64,000 bases of DNA from Gemmatimonadales bacterium (lineage in GTDB: Bacteria > Gemmatimonadota > Gemmatimonadetes > Gemmatimonadales > GWC2-71-9): positions 4,858-68,857 of the forward strand of contig DATNOR010000038.1 in the NCBI GenBank assembly GCA_035601235.1, given 5' to 3'. The translations under genes were made by a program, and so were the position numbers. Below, in pieces: positions 11,708 through 22,787 of this stretch (the stretch's first letter is position 1; the number at the start of each line of letters is the position of its first letter). Below the pieces are notes generated by a model, which saw only the letters and a program-made list of their open reading frames with translations, was not told the origin of the DNA and made no database searches.

Positions 11708-12984
11708 TCGACCGGCGCACCTCGCTCGCCAAGGCCGACCCTGCGATCGCGCAGCTCATCCGCCGCGAGGTAGAGCGGCAGGAGCACGGTCTCGAGCTCA
11801 TCGCGAGCGAGAACTTCGTCTCCGTCGCCGTGATGGAAGCAATGGGCACGGCCCTCACGAACAAATACGCCGAAGGGCTGCCCGGGAAGCGCTACTACGG
11901 CGGGTGCGAGGTGGTCGACGAGGTCGAGCAGCTCGCCATCGACCGCGCCAGGGCTCTGTTCAAGGCGGAGCACGTGAACGTGCAGCCGCACTCGGGGGCG
12001 CAAGCCAACATGGCCGCCTACCTCGCGGTCGCCAAGCCGGGCGACACCTTGCTCGGCCTGGCGCTGCCGCACGGCGGCCACCTGACGCACGGCGCGGCGG
12101 TGAACTTCTCGGGCACGCTATTCCGGGCGACGCATTACGGGGTGCGGGAAGAGACCGGCCGGATCGACTACGACCTGGTGCGTGAGATCGCCCGGCGCGA
12201 GCGCCCGCGCCTCTTGATCGGTGGCGCGTCCGCCTACGCCCGGGTGATCGACTTCGCGGCGCTCAGGAGCATCGCCGACGAGGTGGGCGCCGTCTTCGTC
12301 GTGGACATGGCCCACATCGCGGGTCTCGTGGCCTCGGGAATCCATCCCTCGCCCGTGCCGCACGCGCAGATCGTCACGACCACCACCCACAAGACGCTGC
12401 GGGGTCCGCGGGGCGGTCTGATCCTGTGCCAAGAGCGGTTCGCGAAGGACGTGGACAAGCAGGTGTTCCCGGGGCTGCAGGGTGGACCGCTCGAGCACGT
12501 GATCGCCGCGAAGGCCGTGGCGCTGGGCGAGGCCATGACCCCCGAGTTCAAGCGGTACGCGCGGCAGGTGGTGCAGAACGCGCAGGCGCTGGCCCAGGCC
12601 CTGGTGGAGCGCGGCTACGCCATCGTGTCGGGGGGAACCGACACCCATCTGATGCTGGTGGATCTCCGGCCCAAGCAGGTGACTGGGAAAGAGGCCCAGG
12701 AGCTGCTCGACCGGGCGGGGATCACTGTGAACAAGAACACGATTCCGGGAGATCCGCAGAAGGCCTTCGTCACGAGCGGGATCCGCATCGGCACGCCGGC
12801 CGTGACCACTCGAGGGTTCACCGAGACGGAGATGCATACCGTGGCGACACTCATCGACACCGTGCTCACCAGCAAGGACGACGCCACCATCGCGCAGGTC
12901 AAGGCGGCGGTGCGCGAGCTGACGGAGCAGTTCCCACTGTACGCGGCACCGGCCCGCGCGACCGCGGCGGCGCCCCATGGCTGA
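11704..12984 (+). CDS. glyA: Serine hydroxymethyltransferase
   Basis: Start chosen at ATG 11704 ([38 protein letters not shown]), an ATGA overlap with the rpiB stop. PLP-lysine motif [13 protein letters not shown]. Confidence 0.97.
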   Translation: MIDRRTSLAKADPAIAQLIRREVERQEHGLELIASENFVSVAVMEAMGTALTNKYAEGLPGKRYYGGCEVVDEVEQLAIDRARALFKAEHVNVQPHSGAQANMAAYLAVAKPGDTLLGLALPHGGHLTHGAAVNFSGTLFRATHYGVREETGRIDYDLVREIARRERPRLLIGGASAYARVIDFAALRSIADEVGAVFVVDMAHIAGLVASGIHPSPVPHAQIVTTTTHKTLRGPRGGLILCQERFAKDVDKQVFPGLQGGPLEHVIAAKAVALGEAMTPEFKRYARQVVQNAQALAQALVERGYAIVSGGTDTHLMLVDLRPKQVTGKEAQELLDRAGITVNKNTIPGDPQKAFVTSGIRIGTPAVTTRGFTETEMHTVATLIDTVLTSKDDATIAQVKAAVRELTEQFPLYAAPARATAAAPHG

Positions 12985-13447
12985 GACCGGCGGCTCGTCG
13001 GGGGGGCAGCGCCCCTCGCGCGGCTCGGGCTCGCTCACGGTCCATCCGGCCGAGGAGCTCGAGGTCTATTTCAACGAAGTGGCCCACGGCCGCCCCGTGG
13101 GCTTCGTCGCCTCCGCCAAGTGGAAGCCCCCCACCGACATCTTCGAGACGGACGAGGCGCTCGTGGTCTACATGGATATCGCGGGCATGCGCTCGGAAGA
13201 CTTCAGCGTCGAGTACGTGGACGGGATCCTCACGATCGCCGGGGAGCGCAAGGCCCGGCGCAACGAGGGGAAGCCCCACTACCACGCGATGGAGGTGCAG
13301 GTCGGCCCGTTCGAGCGCCGCTTCCGCTTGCCCGTCCCGGTCGACCCCGAGAGCATCCGCGCGAGCTACGAGCAGGGCTTCCTCGAAGTGTGGCTCGCCA
13401 AACTGCCGGCGCGCCTTTCGGGGCCGGCGTCGGTCCGGGTGCAGTAA
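12977..13447 (+). CDS. Hsp20/alpha-crystallin family small heat-shock protein
   Basis: 156 aa. Alpha-crystallin domain ([21 protein letters not shown] ... GILTIAGER ... [12 protein letters not shown] ... GFLEVWL). Confidence 0.9.
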   Translation: MAETGGSSGGQRPSRGSGSLTVHPAEELEVYFNEVAHGRPVGFVASAKWKPPTDIFETDEALVVYMDIAGMRSEDFSVEYVDGILTIAGERKARRNEGKPHYHAMEVQVGPFERRFRLPVPVDPESIRASYEQGFLEVWLAKLPARLSGPASVRVQ

Positions 13448-15832
13448 GTGGATCGTCTGCCCGTCCTGCCGCTGGGGCGGCTGGTCGTTTACCCGCACGT
13501 CGTGCTGCCGATGGCGCTCACCGACCCGTTCGCCGTGCAGCTCATCGACGAGGTGGTGCAGGGTAACAAGCGCCTGCTGCTGGGCGTGGTGAAGCCGCTG
13601 GGTGGGACCGAGCCACCCGAAGGGGCCGTCATGCACGCGCGGGCCGACGAGCTGTACGAGGTCGGCACGCTCAGCACGGTCGTGCGCATGCTGAAGCTGG
13701 GCGATGGCTCGGTGCGCGTCATGGTGCAGGGCCTGGAGCGCGCCCGGCTCCAGGAGATCACCCCCGCCGAGCACTGGCTGGTGGCGGCCTATGAGACGTT
13801 CGCTGGCGCCCAGCCGGAGGATGCGCGCACCGAGGCGCTCAAGCGCACCGTGCATGCCCAGTTCTCCCGGGTCATCGACATCGCGCCCTATCTGGGCGAG
13901 GAGTTGCACGAGGTGCTCGTCGGCATCAACGACGCCGACAAGCTGGCCGACTTCGTGGCGGCGAACCTGGACCTCGCCCTCCCGGCCAAGGCGGAGCTGC
14001 TCGCCATCGACGACGTCAATCGCCGCCTGGAGCGGCTGGCGGAGCTGCTTGGCCAGGAGCTGCAGGTGCTGGAGGTCGGCAGCCAGATCCAGGAGAAGGT
14101 GCGGACGCGCCTGGACCAGAACCAGCGCGAGTACGTGCTGCGCGAGCAGTTGCGCGTGATCCGCCAGGAGCTGGGCGAAGAGGACGCGGACGACGAGCTG
14201 ACCGAGCTGTCGCACCGGCTCGACGCCGCCGGCCTGCCCGAGGAAGCCGCCAAGGTGGCCGAGCGCGAGCTGAAGCGGCTGCGGCAGATGTCGCCGCAGT
14301 CGGCCGAGTACCACGTCGCGCGCACCTACCTCGAAGTGTTCGCGACCCTGCCGTGGACCCGCACGTCCGAAGACCGGCTCGACCTGAAGGCGGCGCGCGA
14401 CATCCTCGACCGCGATCACTACGATCTCAAGACGGTGAAGGAGCGGATTCTCGAGTATCTCGCCGTGCGCACGCTCAACCGGGCGGCGCGCGGCAGCATC
14501 ATGTGCTTCGTCGGGCCGCCCGGCGTGGGTAAGACGTCGCTCGGCCAGAGCATCGCGGAGGCGCTGGGCCGCCGCTTCACCCGCGTGTCGCTGGGCGGCG
14601 TGCGCGACGAGGCGGAGGTGCGCGGCCACCGCCGCACGTACGTCGGCGCGCTCCCGGGACGCATCATCCACGCGCTGCAGCGCTGCGAGACGCGCAACCC
14701 CCTGCTGATGCTCGACGAAGTCGACAAGATGGGTGCCGACGTGCGCGGCGATCCGACCGCCGCGCTGCTCGAGGTGCTCGACCCGACGCAGAACGGCGCC
14801 TTCGTGGACCACTACCTCGAGGTGCCGTTCGACCTGTCGGGGGTCATGTTCATCGCGACCGCCAACAGTCTCGCCCCCATCCCCGACCCGCTGCTCGACC
14901 GCATGGAGGTGCTCACCTTGCCCGGGTACACCCCGGGCGAGAAGCTGGCGATCGCCAAGCGCTACCTGCTCCCGCGCCAGCTCGTCGAGACGGGCCTCAC
15001 CGCGGAGCGGGCGGGCATCGCCGACGGTGCGCTGGAGCGGCTCATCGCCGAATACACGCGCGAAGCCGGCGTGCGCCAGCTCGAGCGCGAGATCCAGGGC
15101 GTGCTCCGCAAGGCCGCGCTGGACGTGGTCGAGGGACGCGCGGCCACGGTCAAGATCACCGCCAAGAACATCGAGAAGTACGCCGGCCAGCCCAAGGTGC
15201 AGAGCGAGGTCGCCGGCCGCACGCCGGAAGTGGGCGTGGCGACCGGACTCGCGTGGACGCCGGTGGGCGGCGACATCATGTTCATCGAGGCGATTCAGAT
15301 GCCGGGCAAGGGGCTGATCACCCTCACCGGCCAACTGGGCGACGTCATGAAGGAATCCGCTCAGGCGGCGTGGAGCCTGCTGCGCGCCCGTGCCGGTCCG
15401 CTCGGGATCCCGCTCGAGGCGTTCACGCAAACCGACGTGCACCTGCACCTGCCGGCCGGTGCTGTGCCCAAGGACGGCCCGTCCGCGGGGATCGCCATCG
15501 CCACGGCGCTGGCGTCGCTCTTGTGCCGCCGCCCGGCGCGCCACGATGTCGCGATGACCGGGGAGCTGACGCTGCGCGGCCGCGTGCTGCCGATCGGCGG
15601 GCTCAAGGAGAAGCTGACGGCGGCCGCCCGCGCCGGCGTGAAGACGGTGCTCGTGCCGGCCCGGAATCGGAGCGACATCGTGGAGGTCCCGGACGAGGTG
15701 AAGCAGCTGCTCCAGATCACGCCCGTGGAAACGATCGACGAAGTGCTCGACCTGGCGCTGCTCGAACCGCGCCCCGCCCGGCCCGTGGCCGTGCGGGCCC
15801 GGCCCTCGGGGCCGACGGAGGCCCGGCCGTGA
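13448..15832 (+). CDS. lon: ATP-dependent Lon protease (LonA)
   Basis: 794 aa with a GTG start. LON N-domain, Walker A GPPGVGKTSLGQSIA, and catalytic Ser context PKDGPSAGIAIATAL. Confidence 0.97.
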   Translation: MDRLPVLPLGRLVVYPHVVLPMALTDPFAVQLIDEVVQGNKRLLLGVVKPLGGTEPPEGAVMHARADELYEVGTLSTVVRMLKLGDGSVRVMVQGLERARLQEITPAEHWLVAAYETFAGAQPEDARTEALKRTVHAQFSRVIDIAPYLGEELHEVLVGINDADKLADFVAANLDLALPAKAELLAIDDVNRRLERLAELLGQELQVLEVGSQIQEKVRTRLDQNQREYVLREQLRVIRQELGEEDADDELTELSHRLDAAGLPEEAAKVAERELKRLRQMSPQSAEYHVARTYLEVFATLPWTRTSEDRLDLKAARDILDRDHYDLKTVKERILEYLAVRTLNRAARGSIMCFVGPPGVGKTSLGQSIAEALGRRFTRVSLGGVRDEAEVRGHRRTYVGALPGRIIHALQRCETRNPLLMLDEVDKMGADVRGDPTAALLEVLDPTQNGAFVDHYLEVPFDLSGVMFIATANSLAPIPDPLLDRMEVLTLPGYTPGEKLAIAKRYLLPRQLVETGLTAERAGIADGALERLIAEYTREAGVRQLEREIQGVLRKAALDVVEGRAATVKITAKNIEKYAGQPKVQSEVAGRTPEVGVATGLAWTPVGGDIMFIEAIQMPGKGLITLTGQLGDVMKESAQAAWSLLRARAGPLGIPLEAFTQTDVHLHLPAGAVPKDGPSAGIAIATALASLLCRRPARHDVAMTGELTLRGRVLPIGGLKEKLTAAARAGVKTVLVPARNRSDIVEVPDEVKQLLQITPVETIDEVLDLALLEPRPARPVAVRARPSGPTEARP

Positions 15833-16215
15833 GCGACTTCGCCACGCTGGAGGAGGTGTTCGCGCGCATCGGGCAGCAGGAGGGGCGCTACGCCGAGCGC
15901 GGCTACCTGTTCGTGCTGGCGGCGCTGGAGTACGCTCAGGGCAAGCTCCCCGAACGGCGCCACCTCTCCGGAGCCGAGCTCGCCTGGGCCTGCCGCGACT
16001 TCGCGCTCGACCAATTCGGCCTGCTCTCGCCGACCGTCCTCGCGCACTGGGGTATCACCAGCACCGACGACCTCGGCCGCATCGTCTTCACGCTGATCGA
16101 TGTCGGACTGCTGGCCCGCCAGCCGAGCGACAAGCCCGAGGACTTCGAGCGGGTGTACGATTTCGCCGAGGTGTTCCGCACCGGCTACCGCTGGCCCGGC
16201 GTGGAAGGTGGGTAG
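15829..16215 (+). CDS. Small conserved hypothetical protein (resembles the Minf_1886-type family from memory)
   Basis: C-terminal frame of ORF 15253..16215, starting at GTG 15829 in a GTGA overlap with the lon stop. Sequence VSDFATLEEVFARIGQQEGRYAERGYLFVLAALEYAQ...RHLSGAELAWACRDFALDQFG...WGITSTDDLGRIVFTLIDVGLL. The family name is a recollection, not a search result. Confidence 0.6.
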   Translation: MSDFATLEEVFARIGQQEGRYAERGYLFVLAALEYAQGKLPERRHLSGAELAWACRDFALDQFGLLSPTVLAHWGITSTDDLGRIVFTLIDVGLLARQPSDKPEDFERVYDFAEVFRTGYRWPGVEGG

Positions 16216-16247
16216 CAGGGGTCGGATCGGGCGAAGGGGGGTGCCGC

Positions 16248-16445
16248 ATGGAGGACGTGAAAGAATGGCCCGCCTGCCGGAAGTGTCAGCAAGGTCTCCT
16301 GATCCCGTTGTCGGACTACGGTCGCGACGGGGCGCCGATTACGTACAAGGCCTGGGTCTGCACCAACCCGGACTGCGGGTTCAACATACGCATCGATAAC
16401 GGAGAGATTTCCTTCGGTCGGGCGATCGGGCAGAGCTTCAAGTAA
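16248..16445 (+). CDS. 65-aa zinc-ribbon protein, hypothetical
   Basis: MEDVKEWPACRKCQQG...WVCTNPDCGFNI carries a CxxC ... CxxxxC pattern. RBS-like aagggggg lies upstream. It is visibly less GC-rich than its neighbours (codons such as aaa, gaa, tgt, caa, ata, ttt). It sits 2 nt before the next gene. Confidence 0.55.
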   Translation: MEDVKEWPACRKCQQGLLIPLSDYGRDGAPITYKAWVCTNPDCGFNIRIDNGEISFGRAIGQSFK

Positions 16446-16447
16446 GC

Positions 16448-17272
16448 TTGGACGCCGTGCGCGCGCCCGCCGTGAGCGGGCGCTTCTACCCCGGAGTGCC
16501 GACACAGCTCGAGCGCACCGTGCGGGAGCTGCTCGAATCGGTGCGTGACGCGCGGCCGGCGCCGGCGCGCGCGGCCGTCGCGCCGCACGCGGGCTATCTC
16601 TATTCGGGGCTCACCGCGGCGCACGTGTTCGCGCGCCTCGAGATCCCGCCGCTCGTCGTGATCCTCGCGCCCAATCACACGGGCGTGTGCCGGGCGCGCG
16701 GCGGGGCGTCGCTGTGGGAGGCGGGCGCGTTTCGCACGCCGCTGGGCGACGTGGGCGTCGACGAGGAGTTCGCCCGGGCGCTCGTCGCCGCATCACCCCT
16801 CGTGGGACCCGACCACGCGGCCCACGCCGCTGAGCACGCCGTCGAGGTCGAGCTGCCGTTCCTCCAGCAGCGACGCGCCGACGTGCGGATCGTGCCGCTG
16901 GTGCTCGCGTGGGACGCGTGGGAAGGCTGCCGCGAGCTGGGCGAGACGCTGGCGGGGCTCGTGGGACGCTGGCCGCAGCCCGTGTTGCTGCTCGCGTCGA
17001 GCGACCTGAATCACTATGAGCCCGCCGCCGTCTCGGAGCGCAAGGACCGGCGCGCGCTCGAGGCGGTCGCCGCCCTCGACGGCGCGGAGCTGCTCGCTCG
17101 CTGCCGCCACGAAGCGATCTCGATGTGCGGCCGGGCGCCCGCGGCCACCGTGCTCGTCGCGGCGCGGGCGCTCGGCGCCCGGGCGGCCGAGGTGGTGCAT
17201 TACAGTCACTCCGGCATGGTGACGGGGGACGAGGAGGCCGTGGTGGGCTACGGAGGGGTGGTGATCCCGTGA
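16448..17272 (+). CDS. MEMO1-family protein (AmmeMemoRadiSam system protein B-like)
   Basis: 274 aa with a TTG start. AVSGRFYPG, VAPHAGYLYSG and SSDLNHY motifs typical of the Memo/extradiol-dioxygenase-like fold. Confidence 0.85.
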   Translation: MDAVRAPAVSGRFYPGVPTQLERTVRELLESVRDARPAPARAAVAPHAGYLYSGLTAAHVFARLEIPPLVVILAPNHTGVCRARGGASLWEAGAFRTPLGDVGVDEEFARALVAASPLVGPDHAAHAAEHAVEVELPFLQQRRADVRIVPLVLAWDAWEGCRELGETLAGLVGRWPQPVLLLASSDLNHYEPAAVSERKDRRALEAVAALDGAELLARCRHEAISMCGRAPAATVLVAARALGARAAEVVHYSHSGMVTGDEEAVVGYGGVVIP

Positions 17273-18801
17273 ACCCGATCCCGGTGCTGTCCGCGACCGA
17301 AGCCGCCGCGTGGGATGCGGCTGCCCGCACTCAGTACCGCATTCCGTCGCGCGTCCTGATGGAGGCCGCGGGACGCGCCGTCGCCTACGTGCTGCTGCAC
17401 GAGTACCCTGCGGTGCTCGCCCGCGGCGCCCTCGTCGTCGCCGGCGCCGGCAACAACGGCGGCGACGGCTGGGTGGCGGCGCGAGCCCTGCACGCGGGCG
17501 GCGTGCCCGTGTGGGTGGCCGCGCTCGACCCCAAGACGGACGATGCGATCGACAACCGCGCGCTGGCGCGCGTGGACGGCGTGCGCGAGATCGGGCGCGA
17601 TGAGCCGTGGCCCGCCACGGCCGTGGCGGTGGACGCCCTGCTCGGCACCGGCGCGTCGGGGCCGGCCCGGGGCGACGTGCTCGCGCTGGCCCAGCGGCTC
17701 GTCACGTACGGTGCGCCCATCGTCGCCCTCGACGGGCCGACGGGGCTCGATCTCTCGAGCGGGGAGGCGCACGGTCCCGTGCGCGCCGCGCTGTCGGTCA
17801 CCTTCGGCGGCGCGCGCCGCGGGCATCTGCTGGCCCGGGACTGGTGTGGCAAGCTGATCATCGTGGACATCGGCTTCCCGCCGCCCGATCCCGCCTGGCC
17901 CCTGCTCGTGAGCGATCTCTGGGCCGGCGCGCGGCTCCCCAGGCTCGCGCCCACGATGCACAAGGGCGACCGCGGCCGGGTCACCGTGGTCGGCGGCTCC
18001 AACGGGATGACGGGCGCCGCGCTCCACACGGCGCGCGCCGCCCTCGCCGCCGGCGCGGGACTCGTGAAGCTCGTCGCCGCGCAGGAAACGATCGCCGCGG
18101 CCCGCGCCAGCCTGCCCGACGTCCTGACCGTCGAGTCCGCTCTCGGACCGGAGCTCGAGGCCGACGCCGCAGACGCGCTCGAATGGGCCGATGCCGTCGT
18201 GGTCGGGCCCGGGCTGGGGCGCGAGCCGCCGCGGACGCCGTTCCTGCAGGCCGTGCTGGGTCGCCGCCCGGTTCCGACCGTGCTCGACGCGGACGCCCTC
18301 GCGCTGTTCCACGGCCCTCCCCCCGAGCGACCGCTGGTCCTGACCCCGCACCTGGGGGAGTTCCGGGCGCAGTTCGGCGATCAGCTGGCCGATGAGGCCG
18401 CCAACGACCGCTGGGCGGCGGCGGCCAAAGCCGCGCAGCGGGTGAAGGGGACGGTGGTGCTGAAAGGCGTACCGACCGTGATCGCCGACCTGCGCGGGCC
18501 GGCGCACGTGGTGGCGAGCGGCAACCCCGGGCTCGCCACCGGCGGCTCGGGCGACTTGCTCGCCGGCTTCATCGGCGCGTTTCTGGCGCGCGGCAGCGCA
18601 GGGCCCGAGGCGGCCGCGCTCGGCGCGCACGCCCTGGGCCGCGCCGCCGAGCACGGCGCCCGCCAGTGGACCGCGCGCAGCCTGCGGCCCGCCGACGTGC
18701 TCGCCGCGCTCCCCGAGATCTGGCGAGCCTGGGCGAGCCCGCAGCCGCCCGGGGGGGGGCCCCCCGTCCTGGCGGTGCTGGAGCCACCGGAGACGGCGTG
18801 A
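17269..18801 (+). CDS. nnr: Bifunctional NAD(P)H-hydrate repair enzyme Nnr (epimerase + ADP-dependent dehydratase)
   Basis: Start at GTG 17269 (GTGA overlap). N-terminal YjeF_N region (VVAGAGNNGGDGWVAAR). C-terminal carbohydrate-kinase region (HKGDRGRVTVVGGS, GPGLG, GGSGDLLAG). Confidence 0.9.
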   Translation: MNPIPVLSATEAAAWDAAARTQYRIPSRVLMEAAGRAVAYVLLHEYPAVLARGALVVAGAGNNGGDGWVAARALHAGGVPVWVAALDPKTDDAIDNRALARVDGVREIGRDEPWPATAVAVDALLGTGASGPARGDVLALAQRLVTYGAPIVALDGPTGLDLSSGEAHGPVRAALSVTFGGARRGHLLARDWCGKLIIVDIGFPPPDPAWPLLVSDLWAGARLPRLAPTMHKGDRGRVTVVGGSNGMTGAALHTARAALAAGAGLVKLVAAQETIAAARASLPDVLTVESALGPELEADAADALEWADAVVVGPGLGREPPRTPFLQAVLGRRPVPTVLDADALALFHGPPPERPLVLTPHLGEFRAQFGDQLADEAANDRWAAAAKAAQRVKGTVVLKGVPTVIADLRGPAHVVASGNPGLATGGSGDLLAGFIGAFLARGSAGPEAAALGAHALGRAAEHGARQWTARSLRPADVLAALPEIWRAWASPQPPGGGPPVLAVLEPPETA

Positions 18802-19772
18802 GCGCTGGGGAGCGGGCGCTCCGCCTGGGACCGGGCGGAGAGTTCGACCGTCTGCGCGCCATCTACGCGAGCCTCGGCGCCGTCGGTCGCGGGTTGGGAG
18901 ACGACTGTGCGCTCGTCCGCATCGGGTCGCGCACCATCGCCCTCAGCATCGACCTTTCCCTCGAAGGCGTGCATTTCCGGACCGAGTGGCTCTCGTTCCG
19001 GGAAATCGGCTGGCGGGCAACCGCCGCGGCTTTGTCCGATCTGGCGGCCGAGGGGGCGCAACCACTCGGCGTGCTGGTCTCGGTGGGACTGCCCGGAACA
19101 GGCCGGGGAAGGGGGCAGGGCCGGCGAGATCCTGCGACCGAAATCATGTCGGGCGTGGGCGCCGCCACGCGGAGTGTCGGAGCGAGGGTCCTCGGGGGAG
19201 ACCTGGTGCGCTCCTCCCGCTATCTAGTGGATGTGTGCGTGCTCGGGCTCGCGGCCCGGCCGGTGCGGCGAAGCGGCGCGCAAGCGGGTGACGGGCTGTG
19301 GGTGACGGGCCAGCTGGGGGGCGCGGCGCTCGCGCTCGCCGCATTGCGCGCTGGCCGGCGTCTCGCTCCCGCCGTGCGGCGCCGGTTCGCCCGCCCAGCG
19401 CCGCGCATCGCTGCCGGGGTCTGGCTCGCGCGGCGCGGCGCGCACGCGATGATCGATGTCTCGGACGGACTCGCCGCGGACGCGGGGCACGTCGCCGCGG
19501 CGTCGGGCGTCCGGATCGAGATCGAGCTGGAGGGGATGCCGTGCTGGCCCGGTGTGACGCCGCGCGCCGCCGTCCGGAGCGGAGAGGAGTACGAGCTGCT
19601 CGTCGCGCTGTCTCCCCGGTTTGGCGAGCGCGACGCCCGGGCGTTCCGGCGCGCGACGGGTCTGCGGCTCACCCGCATCGGTCGCTGCGTGGCGGGTCGG
19701 GGAATAGGGATGACGGATCACGGGCGACCCACGACCCCCCCGGCCGGGTTCGACCACTTTCGCGGCGGATGA
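18798..19772 (+). CDS. thiL: Thiamine-monophosphate kinase
   Basis: Start at GTG 18798 (GTGA overlap). AIR-synthase-like motifs LGDDCALV, ALSIDLSLEGVHF and DVSDGLAAD. Confidence 0.85.
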   Translation: MSAGERALRLGPGGEFDRLRAIYASLGAVGRGLGDDCALVRIGSRTIALSIDLSLEGVHFRTEWLSFREIGWRATAAALSDLAAEGAQPLGVLVSVGLPGTGRGRGQGRRDPATEIMSGVGAATRSVGARVLGGDLVRSSRYLVDVCVLGLAARPVRRSGAQAGDGLWVTGQLGGAALALAALRAGRRLAPAVRRRFARPAPRIAAGVWLARRGAHAMIDVSDGLAADAGHVAAASGVRIEIELEGMPCWPGVTPRAAVRSGEEYELLVALSPRFGERDARAFRRATGLRLTRIGRCVAGRGIGMTDHGRPTTPPAGFDHFRGG

Positions 19773-20496
19773 TCCGCACCGCCTGGTTCGCCCTGGTCCT
19801 CGTGATCTCGAGCGCGATTCACGCCACCGGCGTGATCGTGGCCGCCCTCGTGGGCGTGAAGCGCCGGCCTGGCGGAGTCTACGACTGGGGCACGAACGAC
19901 TGGTCGCGCGACCTGCTGCGCGCGGCCGGCACACCGGTGCGGGTGGTGGGGCTCGAGCGCGTGCCCGCCGGTCCCGTCGTGTACGCGTCGAACCACTCGT
20001 CGATGTTCGACATCTGGGCGCTCGCGGCCACCCTCCCCGGCTCGGTCCGGTTCGTGGCGAAGCAGGAGTTGGGGCGCATCCCGCTGTTGGGCCCCGCCAT
20101 GATCACCGCCGGGCACATCATGATCGACCGGGCGCACCCCGCGCGGGCGATCGAGGCGTACCAGCGGGCGGCGGCGGTGATCGGCAGCGGCATCTCCGCC
20201 GTGGTGTTCCCCGAAGGCACGCGCAGCCGTACCGGCGAGCTGCTGCCGTTCAAGAACGCCCCGTTCGGTCTCGCGATCGCGGCGCGGGTCCCGGTCGTGC
20301 CCGTCTACGTACGCGACACGTTCACCATCATGCCCAAGGGACGTTTTTTCCTGCGGCCCCGGCCGATCCGCATCGAGATCGGCGAACCGATCTCCACGGT
20401 CGACCTGACGCTCGAGCGGCGCCAGGAGCTGCGCGACCGCGTGCGCGCGGCGGTGGTTCGCCTCAAGGCGCGCGTTGACGCGGACGGCTCCGACCG

Positions 20497-20500
<4 letters not shown>
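19769..20500 (+). CDS. plsC: 1-acyl-sn-glycerol-3-phosphate acyltransferase
   Basis: Start at ATG 19769 (ATGA overlap). N-terminal TM helix, with the NHSSMFD (NHxxxxD) and FPEGTRS motifs. Confidence 0.88.
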
Positions 20501-22127
<1,627 letters not shown>

Positions 22128-22133
<6 letters not shown>

Positions 22134-22145
22134 CGCTCGTCAGGG
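22128..22145. terminator. Short inverted repeat spanning the convergent stop codons of ftsB and the minus-strand gene
   Basis: CCCTGACG-CT-CGTCAGGG contains both the TGA at 22131..22133 and the TCA (a TGA on the minus strand) at 22140..22142. The loop is very tight and there is no U-tract, so a terminator role is weakly supported. Confidence 0.25.
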
Positions 22146-22787
22146 GATGGCGATGCCGCCGGAGAGCGTGATCGCTTCCATCGTTTCGTTCCCCCCAGGC
22201 CCCCCGAGCAGCGCGTCGTCCATCCGGTAGGAGAGGCGCAGCCAGACACGCTGCTGCGGCGGCTGGAACACGACGCCCGCTTCGCCCCCCTGGATCCGGC
22301 CGGCCCCAGTGGGCAGGTTCACCTGCGAGGCGAGGGCGCGCCACACCTCGAGATAGGTCCCCAGCTGCCCCACCACGATGGGCGCGTCGACACGCGCGCG
22401 CGCCTGCCAGAACACCCAGCGCTCCGTGGTCGAATCCGTCACGTACGCCCGCACCACGGGCCCGGCGGTCATCTCGAGCCAGGGCAGCAGCCGCCCGCCC
22501 ACGAACACGGTTCCCTGCACGAGGTCGAGCTGTGGCGCCGCCCCTCCGGAGGCGCCCGCGGGCTTGAGCTGGCCTTCCAGCAGTCCCAGGCCGAACAACC
22601 AGCCGTTGACGGCGATCCGCCCCTCAGCGCCGAACCCGGGTCCGCGCAACGACGCACGCGTGACGCCCGTGTCGCTGTGCACCCACATCATGAACGCATC
22701 CCCTCGCAGGCCGATGCTGGGGCGGCGCTGCGCGGGAGCCGCTGTGGCCGCCAGCAGGAGCGCGCACGTCGCAGCGAGTGTCCTCAC
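22140..22787 (-). CDS. Secreted hypothetical protein, possible outer-membrane beta-barrel
   Basis: C-terminal part of ORF 22140..23420. GTG 22787 gives VRTLAATCALLLAATAAPAQ, a signal peptide. Alternating hydrophobic and Gly-rich strands follow. GTGA overlap with the upstream gene stop. Confidence 0.6.
   Translation of the reverse strand: MRTLAATCALLLAATAAPAQRRPSIGLRGDAFMMWVHSDTGVTRASLRGPGFGAEGRIAVNGWLFGLGLLEGQLKPAGASGGAAPQLDLVQGTVFVGGRLLPWLEMTAGPVVRAYVTDSTTERWVFWQARARVDAPIVVGQLGTYLEVWRALASQVNLPTGAGRIQGGEAGVVFQPPQQRVWLRLSYRMDDALLGGPGGNETMEAITLSGGIAIP

Noticed and set aside
12899-15544. 881-aa minus-strand ORF antisense to hsp20 and lon
   Set aside because: It is a shadow ORF. Lon motifs are unambiguous on the plus strand, and the antisense product is low-complexity R/G/A/H-rich with no domain signature.
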